Shown: in pieces, positions 55,651 to 64,000 of the stretch
Position numbering within the stretch: the stretch's first letter is position 1
Layout: every line of letters starts with the position of its first letter
Source: Octopus vulgaris
Lineage: Eukaryota
NCBI GenBank assembly: GCA_951406725.2
Contig: OX597834.1
Coordinates: forward strand, 31,186,001-31,250,000
DNA length: 64,000 nucleotides
Direction of reading: 5' to 3'
Made by a program: the position numbers and the translations under genes
The notes under the pieces: model-generated
What the model was told of the DNA's origin: nothing
The model's input: the letters and a program-made list of their open reading frames with translations, nothing else
Databases searched by the model: none

Positions 55651-56504
55651 TCTCAATGAAAAACTTCCATCAAAATTTCATCTAAATTTACATTCCAAAC
55701 AACAGCTTAATAACGACAAAGTTATTTTACTAAATTCTTTGTGATTTTAAAAATTAATTGGAAACAAATGTATATTTCAACAGAAATATGGTGACAAAAG
55801 GGTTAAATTAGAATCTCTCATTAGAATTTTATATCAATTTATGTTCCAAACATCAGCTTAACAGTTTTGCTACCCGATTTCTATGGAAATACATTGCCTT
55901 TTAATTAATTTTTAAAATAACAAAGAATTTAGTAAAATATGTTTCTTTTTCGTTATTTAACTGGTTTTTGGAACATAAATTGATCTGGAATTTTTGATGG
56001 AAGTTTTTAATTTAAATTACTTGAAAACAGGAAGCTTGCATCATAGAACCAGCAAGGGTGGTTGTGGGTGGGCCGGTATCAAAAGGGTTAATAGGGACAA
56101 AGTTTTTTCACTAATTTCTTCTTTCTCTTTAAAATCAATTGAAACAAAGGCTGTATATTTCAGTAGAACTATGGTAACAAAAGAGTTAAATACCAAACTG
56201 TCAGTTCTTCATCCACAACGGACTTTTTTCCACAATTCAGGAAATTGTGACACAAGTTAACAACAACAACAATAATAACGATAATAATAATAATCCTTTC
56301 TACTATAGGCATAAGGCCTGAAATTTTGGGGAAGGGACCTAGCTGATCACATTAACCCCAGTACTTGACTGGTACTTAATTTATCAATTCCGAAAGGATG
56401 AAAGGAAAATTCAACCTCAGTAGAATTTGAACTCAGAACATAGTGACAAACAAAATACTAAGCATTTTGCCCAGCGTGCTAACAATTCTGCCAGCTCACT
56501 GCCT

Positions 56505-56540
<36 letters not shown>

Positions 56541-56570
56541 TGGTGGTGGTGGTAACAACAACAACAACAA

Positions 56571-56784
56571 CCCATTAAGTCCCAGGGTATTTAAATTTCT
56601 GGATGTTACTTTTAAATTTTTACAGATGATTAAAAATAGGTTAAAATGAAAAAAAAGTAAATATTAAAACACCATTTACTTCAAGTAGAAATAGAAATAC
56701 TCGGTGTCCTTATAAATAGGACACTGTGACAATGTGATATAGCTTATTTAGTGTCCTATTTACAGGACAGTGGGACTTAATGGG
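56571..56784. mobile_element. piggyBac-type MITE
   Basis: Perfect 14-bp TIR CCCATTAAGTCCCA / TGGGACTTAATGGG. TTAA on the right, left site eroded into (AAC)n. Two internal GTGTCCT...AGGACA palindromes. Confidence 0.8.
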
Positions 56785-58091
56785 TTAATAATGGAATTAC
56801 AACCGTGTTTCGTGGTCTGCTACCACAACAGCTCCTTTATAGGATCCAGTTAGCTCAAGACATCATCAGGAGGAACCACGTCTGGTTTCGGCCCCTACTC
56901 CTCTACCGTTTTGACGTGGCGGGGCCCCCACTTTCAGAGGTGTCTTCAGTTCTGGTGTTGGGTGCATGTCTTCTTTCTTCTGTTCCCTGGCCTCTCCGAT
57001 GTATCGTCAGCGAGTGTCAGCCGGTGACTGACTGACTTGTCAAACTTTTCCCTCTAAATACCTGCCGCTAGGCTCCAGCAAGCAGCCCCAGCAAGTTGTC
57101 ACGTGACACTGTCTCACCTTAACTGACTAGTGAAAGCACATAGTTTTAGCCTGTGCATTTTCTAAATGACCGTCACCTATCAGTCAGTGAAGCTGATTCA
57201 GTGTCAGCTTGTCTCACCTAGTGATGTTATTTCCTGCTGGCATGTTACGACTTTCAAGCCATTTTCGGTCTTCCTGCTTCAGCCATATATAGAAGCTGGC
57301 TTTATAATAATAATAATTGTTTCTACTAAAGGTACAAGGCCTGGAATTTGGGGAAGTACACTAGTTGATTACATCAACCCCAGTGTTCAGTTGGTACTTA
57401 TTTCTTTGGCTCCTGAAAAAATGAAAAGCAAAGTCAACCTTGATAGGGTTTGAACTCAGAACCTAAAGAGCTGAAAGAAATGTTGTGGCGCATTTTCTCT
57501 GATGCTCTAATGATTCTGCCAGCTTGCTGTCGTTCTTTCCTTCCTTTCCTGCATGCATCGTGAAGATGAAGGTGTAGTGAGCTTTGTTCAGAACCATGAA
57601 GTACCACCAAACTGCTGCAAGCTAAATGAGAGAGAGAGAGAGCCTCTACATGGTTGCTCAAACTGCTAGAAATAGCAGCCAAACCATCATCAAATTACTT
57701 TTTTTTTTTTTTTTTCTGTTGCCAAACAGGTCACATTAGATAATTCATACTCCTAGATATACACTGAATATAGAAGACAAGATGATTAGGGCTGTGATGC
57801 CTTTAATTATTGGCCTGCTTTATCCAGACTGACCTGGGGCAGCAATTGGTGTAGGTTGTGGGTTCAATATTTGGTAGCGTCACCATGTTGGTTGTGGGCC
57901 TCTTGACTGCTTGATACAAGATATGATGAGTTTTCGGTAAACTGCTGTTGGAAGAAAGTTAAGAAAGTTCGTTGACCTGATACATATATATATAGATATA
58001 GATATAGATATAGATATGTACATGCACACATATATGTGGGTTTGTGTGGTGTATGTACATACACACACATACACATATATATATGCATACA

Positions 58092-58125
<34 letters not shown>

Positions 58126-58253
58126 GCACACACATACATATATCTATATATATTTATATGTATATATACATATGTACATACACACATACATATTATCTAT
58201 ATCTAAGCACACACACACACATGCATACATACATATCCTTGTTGCTTATTTTG

Positions 58254-58285
<32 letters not shown>

Positions 58286-58300
58286 ATATATCAAAATAAG

Positions 58301-58362
<62 letters not shown>

Positions 58363-59045
58363 TGTCCTGTTTACCTTGTCTAGAAACAAGGCTTCCGCTG
58401 TTATAACCGCACCACCACCGTCGGCGCCACCGCCATTACTACTGCTTCCTTTCAAAAGTTGAAATAATGGTTTCTCTGGCACAAAGCAGCAAGTTTGTAG
58501 GGTTTGGGGGACAGGGGTTAGTGAGGGCGGGTGGGTTGTATTTGATCAAATTGATCCACTGACATGACTGGTACCAATTTTCTTTTTCTTACCTTCTCCA
58601 CCACCATTGCCACCACCTCCTGGTCCTTATTCTATCAACCCCGAAAGGATGAAAGGCAAAGTTGACCTCGGTGGAATTTGAACTCAGAATGTGAAGACAG
58701 ATGAAATGCCACTAAGTATTTCGCCTGGTGTGCTAACAACTGTTCCAGCTCAACACTTTAATAATAATAATAATAATTAATTCTTTTTATTGGCCACAAG
58801 GGCTGACAAACATGATTGGAAAACATAAAGGGACAAAACAGGATGAAAGGTTACAAAGGGTTTTGTCCGTTTGTGAAAAAATCGGGTAAAAACAGTGTAA
58901 CAATCAAATAATATAACAACGAAAAACTCCCAATAGGGGGAGGCGTTACGAAAGGTTCCTGGTGGAAAAACCCATAAAAGCCAACGGGAGCCTGGTCAAA
59001 AGTGGGGTAGAGAGCCCCTTTCTCCTTTTATAATAAGAATAATAA

Positions 59046-59554
59046 ATGCCCTGGTGCAGTACCAGGCAGTGGCTCTCCTGGCTTGTCAGTGTTATCATGT
59101 ACATTGTTTTGTCTTGCTATAAAAGATGGGCTACAGCAAATATTCTGCTCAATACCACAGATTTGCTTGTCAGTTGTTTGACCTTAACCAGTTGATCATG
59201 TCCCTTAGTGGCTGACAATATGTGCATCTCTGATCAGGAGTTGAATTAGTGGGGGAGGATCATAGCCATGTGTTGAGAGGAATTCTATGGGGTTTGAATA
59301 ATTTACCTTTGGAAACATGGGTGGTTCGTTTGACATCCTTAAACAAACCTTATTCAGGGACCTTTTGAGCAGGATGGGCCACTCAATCTGAAGAAAATTC
59401 TAACTGAGCCCCACCTGCAAGGTCATGTGCTGTTTATCTTGATATGAGATCACCATGTCATGTACATATGGTTGTGATGCATGTGATGGGTATAGTGGGC
59501 TTCGTATATTTGTGCCCCAGTGTCACATTGATGGCAAGTGCTGCTTTCTCATTC

Positions 59555-59555
<1 letters not shown>
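59046..59555 (+). mobile_element. (AAT)n-embedded interspersed repeat
   Basis: Third copy of the 14318-14880 family. Confidence 0.8.
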
Positions 59556-59585
<30 letters not shown>

Positions 59586-59587
<2 letters not shown>

Positions 59588-59990
59588 CCTTTCTACTAAA
59601 GGCACAAGGCCTGCAATTTTGGGGAGGAGGATAGTCAGTTACATCAACCCCAGTATGTAACTGGTACTTATTTTATCGACCCCGGTGGCATTTGAACTCA
59701 GAACGTGAAGACAGATGAAATATTGCTAAGCATTTCACTTAGCATGCTAACAATTCTATTTCTTTACTACCCATAAGGAGCTAAACAAAGAGAGGACAAA
59801 CAAGGACAGACAAACGGATTAAGTTGATTATATCGACCCCAGTGCATAACTGGTACTTATTTAATCGACCCCGAAAGGATGAAAGGCAAAGTCGACCTCG
59901 GCAGAATTTGAACTCAGAACATAACGGCAGACGAAATACGGCTACGCATTTCGCCCGCTGTGCTAATGTTTCTGCCAGCTCGCCGCCTTT
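59586..59990 (-). mobile_element. Two adjacent or nested family B SINEs
   Basis: Decayed copy at 59586-59755 next to a well-preserved copy at 59755-59988. Confidence 0.8.
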
Positions 59991-60568
59991 ATAACAATAA
60001 TAATAAGAAGAATAGAATGTTTAAGTGAAGTGTTTTTGCATTTTTGAATGGCTGATGTCCATCTTCCATTAGTTTTAACACAAAATCTGGGACCGAATCA
60101 TTTGTCAGGCAGGGGCATCTCTGGAAACCTGTTTTTCTTTTTACCTCTATTTTTGTTTTTCCTGGTCCATGGTGAAGTCGACAGAGAACGGGTGGAGCAC
60201 AGTGTCAGTAGAATTGACATGAATGTATTACTGGTATGTAGCATATTGAATGACCTGGTTTAGAGTAAGGATTCAAACTCGGAACAATGAGAAGCTGAAT
60301 GAATCATAAACACTGAAGCATCTTAACCCAGCACCCTACTTTTGGTGCCCCTCTTGTCACATGGCAGAAACGCTGCTGTATGAATGCGTGTCTGTGCACA
60401 TGCACACACAATTTTGCCACTCCCCTTCTTACTCATGTGCAGCCCTACATTGCATTACTTCTCCCCCCCCACACACACACACATCTCTCCCATCTCACAT
60501 AGATATACTCACATACACACGCTATATACACATTTACAAACTCACATATACACACATTCTATTTCTCT

Positions 60569-60641
<73 letters not shown>

Positions 60642-61004
60642 GTTTCCCTACACATGCACCCCTTTCTTGCATCACCTATCCTACTTACAAGTTTGCCTCT
60701 CCCATTTTATAGATACACACTTTGTATACATTCATATACACACACAAATATGAACACACACACACACACAGCACATGCCCCTTCCTTTATACAAACAGAC
60801 ACACACACACACATATATATGTGCTTTCTTTCCCTTGCCCTGCATACAATCACAAACACACCCTCACCTTTTCCTCTCTTCACACACACAAACATATACA
60901 CAGACACACAAACTTCTCTTAACCTAACCTACATACAAAACAGTCACACATATATACACATCAGTGTTAAAAACTATGCCAAAATCTGTTGTTACCAAGT
61001 CAGG

Positions 61005-62062
61005 AGCTAACCATTGCTACAGTTGTGCCAGTAGCTAACTGTTGATACCACTGTGCCATAAGCTATCTGTTGTTACAATTGTGCCATTAGCTGTCTGCTG
61101 TTACAACTGTGTCACTACCTGCCTGTTGCTACTATTGTCTCTAGCTATCTGTTGATGCAATTTTTCCACTAGTTATTTGTCCTGACAGCTGTGCCATAGG
61201 TTTTCTGTTGTTACAATTGTGCCATTAGCTGACTGCTGTTACAACTGTGTCACTACCTGTCTGTTGCTACTATTGTCTCTAGCTATCTGTTGATACAATT
61301 TTTCCACTAGTTATTTGTTCTGACAGCTGTGCCATAGGTTTTCTGTTGTTACAATTGTGCCATTAGCTGTCTGCTGTTACAACTGTGTCACTACCTGTCT
61401 GTTGCTACTATTGTCTCTAGCTATCTGTTGATACAATTTTTCCACTAGTTATTTGTTCTGACAGCTGTGCCATAGGTTTTCTGTTGTTACAATTGTGCCA
61501 TTAGCTGTCTGCTGTTACAACTGTGTCACTACCTGCCTGTTGCTACTATTGTCTCTAGCTATCTGTTGATACAATTTTTCCACTAGTTATTTGTTCTGAC
61601 AGCTGTGCCATAGGTTTTCTGTTGTTACAATTGTGCCATTAGCTGTCTGCTGTTACAACTGTGTCACTACCTGCCTGTTGCTACTATTGTCTCTAGCTAT
61701 CTGTTGATACAATTTTTCCACTAGTTATTTGTTCTGACAGCTGTGCCATAGGTTTTCTGTTGTTACAATTGTGCCATTAGCTGTCTGCTGTTACAACTGT
61801 GTCACTACCTGCCTGTTGCTACTATTGTCTCTAGCTATCTGTTGATACAATTTTTCCACTAGTTATTTGTTCTGACAGCTGTGCCATAGGTTTTCTGTTG
61901 TTACAATTGTGCCATTAGCTGTCTGCTGTTACAACTGTGTCACTACCTGTCTGTTGCTACTATTGTCTCTAGCTATCTGTTGATGCAATTTTTCCACTAG
62001 TTATTTGTCCTGACAGCTGTGCCATAGGCTTTCTGTTGTTACAACTGTGCCATAAGCTGTCT
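61005..62062. repeat. 138-bp higher-order minisatellite (7 full units, each of five 26-28-bp monomers)
   Basis: GTTACAATTGTGCC starts at 61072, 61210, 61348, 61486, 61624, 61762 and 61900, with a variant at 62038. Monomeric degenerate units flank the array. Confidence 0.95.
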
Positions 62063-62137
62063 TTTACTGCAGCAGGGTGACTCTCTGTGTATGCATTGCG
62101 TTTTCAACATCTCTCTCTTTTCCTCTGTTCATTTCAG

Positions 62138-62278
62138 GTTTCTTCAAACGTACTGTACAAAACAAGAAGGTTTACTCCTGTGTGGACAACAGAAACTGTC
62201 TCATTGACAAGACGCAAAGAAAAAGATGTCCATACTGTCGCTTTCAAAAATGCCTTACTGTAGGAATGAAGTTAGAAG
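62138..62278 (+). CDS. ftz-f1: NR5A/FTZ-F1 coding exon with second zinc finger
   Basis: Acceptor tttcAG at 62136-62137. Translates (G)[46 protein letters not shown]. Donor G|GTGAG at 62278/62279. Phase 1 at both ends, in frame with the flanking exons. Confidence 0.96.
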
Positions 62279-62414
62279 GTGAGCATGCCGACCCATCACC
62301 CTTTGCTCTCTTGAGGGTCTTTTTTATTTATTTATTTATGCATTTTGTTGAGGGTGTTGAGGTTTTCTCTTCTGAAAATGTTTAAATTTTATTCAGATGT
62401 GGTATACATGTAAC

Positions 62415-62890
62415 TGTATACCCATCGTGCCCATTTTGGCAACATACCCATTTTACCCAGTTTAACAAACCCATTGTGTTCAGATAGATAACATACCCAC
62501 TGTGCCCTCTTTGGCAATGTACTCATACACTCAGATAGACAATTAACCTACTATGCCCAAATATGTAATATACCCAACGTACCCAGGTGGACAGAATACC
62601 CACTGTATCCAATTCAACAATACATCCACTAGCTCCAGATTACGGATATACCCACTTTGCCCTGTTCAGCGACATACAACTGCCTGTGCCTAACAAAACA
62701 ATATATCTACTGTGCCCCAATTTGACAATATATCCACTGTACCCAGATGATATATGCAGAGCCCAGTTTTACAGCATACCCATTTTTGGCCTGCTAAACA
62801 ATATACCCACTGTGCCTAAATAAATTATGTATTTGCTTTGCCCATACATGCAATGTACCTATTTTACTTACGAACCCACAGCTCAAATAG
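62415..62890. repeat. Highly degenerate ~25-bp minisatellite (ATACCCACTGTGCCC...)
   Basis: Recurrent ATACCCA/ATCCACTGT motifs at ~25-bp spacing. Confidence 0.65.
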
Positions 62891-63039
62891 ATAATGGGTC
62901 ATAGTGCTAGTGCATGCATATACAGCTGCATGTGTGCGCACATACACGCGAGTACTGTCCAAATCTCCTACCGATCACATACAGCTAGCTGGCATTCAAT
63001 TGACGTATCAAGTTTTGGGCATTTTGATTGGGTTTTGCA

Positions 63040-63243
63040 TAGAAAATTCACAAAAAAGTCACTTCTATTGATTTTTTAAAGGCTTTGCAGGGTGACTGGG
63101 GAAATGTAAAGACGTGCACGACCACCCTTGGACAGTTTTGAATGACCATAGAAAGTGCGAGCCCTCTAACTGAAAAATTGTGGATTTGTATGAAGGATAC
63201 ACACACACACAGACAGACATTTTGCCGTTTATATATCTAGAGA
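63040..63243 (-). mobile_element. Probable Helitron 5' fragment
   Basis: Minus strand starts TCTCTAGATATATAAACGGCAAAATGTCTGTCTG, similar to the 5' end at 43593. Left boundary is approximate. Confidence 0.55.
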
Positions 63244-63337
63244 TAACCATTGTATACATAATATACCCATTGAAAACATTGTGTCCAGTTTGCAGACAGT
63301 ATTTGACCTAGTTGTAGGGTAGTTAATGCTGTCCCCT

Positions 63338-63532
63338 CGGAAACATTTTTTCACGCTCAGAGTTGCTGAAGCATGGAATAAACTGCCTGCGTCAGTTGTT
63401 GACTGCCATGAGACTACATCCTTTAAGGCCCTCATGCTTTCCGAAATCCGTCGAAACTACACCTGATTATATATGCACTTTAGATAAGTTGTAGTGCACC
63501 TGAGCACTGTACACAATTATTATTATTATTAT
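63338..63532 (+). mobile_element. CR1/L2-group LINE 3' end in the intron just before the FTZ-F1-box exon
   Basis: Translates RKHFFTLRVAEAWNKLPASVVDCHETTSFKALMLSEIRRNYT* (stop 63464-63466), then a short UTR and an (ATT)n tail. Confidence 0.85.
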
Positions 63533-63551
63533 GAGATCAAGGTTTTACTAA

Positions 63552-64000
<449 letters not shown>

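Noticed and set aside
61072-62037. 138-bp (46-codon) repeat as a protein-coding repeat exon
   Set aside because: The track shows no ORF across it, and the flanking exons already splice in frame to a canonical DBD.

Overview
Repeat-saturated, AT-rich animal genomic DNA. The SINE families and extreme (TA)n/(CA)n/(AAT)n density suggest an octopus or other coleoid cephalopod (inference, not database-checked). The only supportable host gene is a + strand NR5A/FTZ-F1 nuclear receptor. Three coding exons are visible: 51617-51745 (zinc finger 1), 62138-62278 (zinc finger 2) and 63577 to the window end (FTZ-F1 box plus a Gly/Ser/Pro-rich hinge). They join in frame through phase-1 GT-AG introns, and the ligand-binding domain lies beyond the window. 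The remaining sequence is microsatellites, three tRNA-derived SINE families, RTE and CR1-type LINE remnants, hAT, piggyBac and Tc1-type MITEs, non-autonomous Helitrons and several minisatellites. Almost all ORFs in the supplied track are microsatellite artefacts. Best leads: (1) a dispersed ~200-bp non-coding element, present twice, whose consensus is a minimal Penelope/retrozyme-type hammerhead ribozyme; (2) a 132-nt hairpin upstream of the first coding exon whose mismatches are almost all G:U on the sense strand; (3) a 138-bp higher-order minisatellite abutting the zinc-finger-2 exon; (4) an 18-19-bp minisatellite full of TRGGTCA nuclear-receptor half-sites; (5) an apparent 1-nt shift of the DBD intron relative to human NR5A1.
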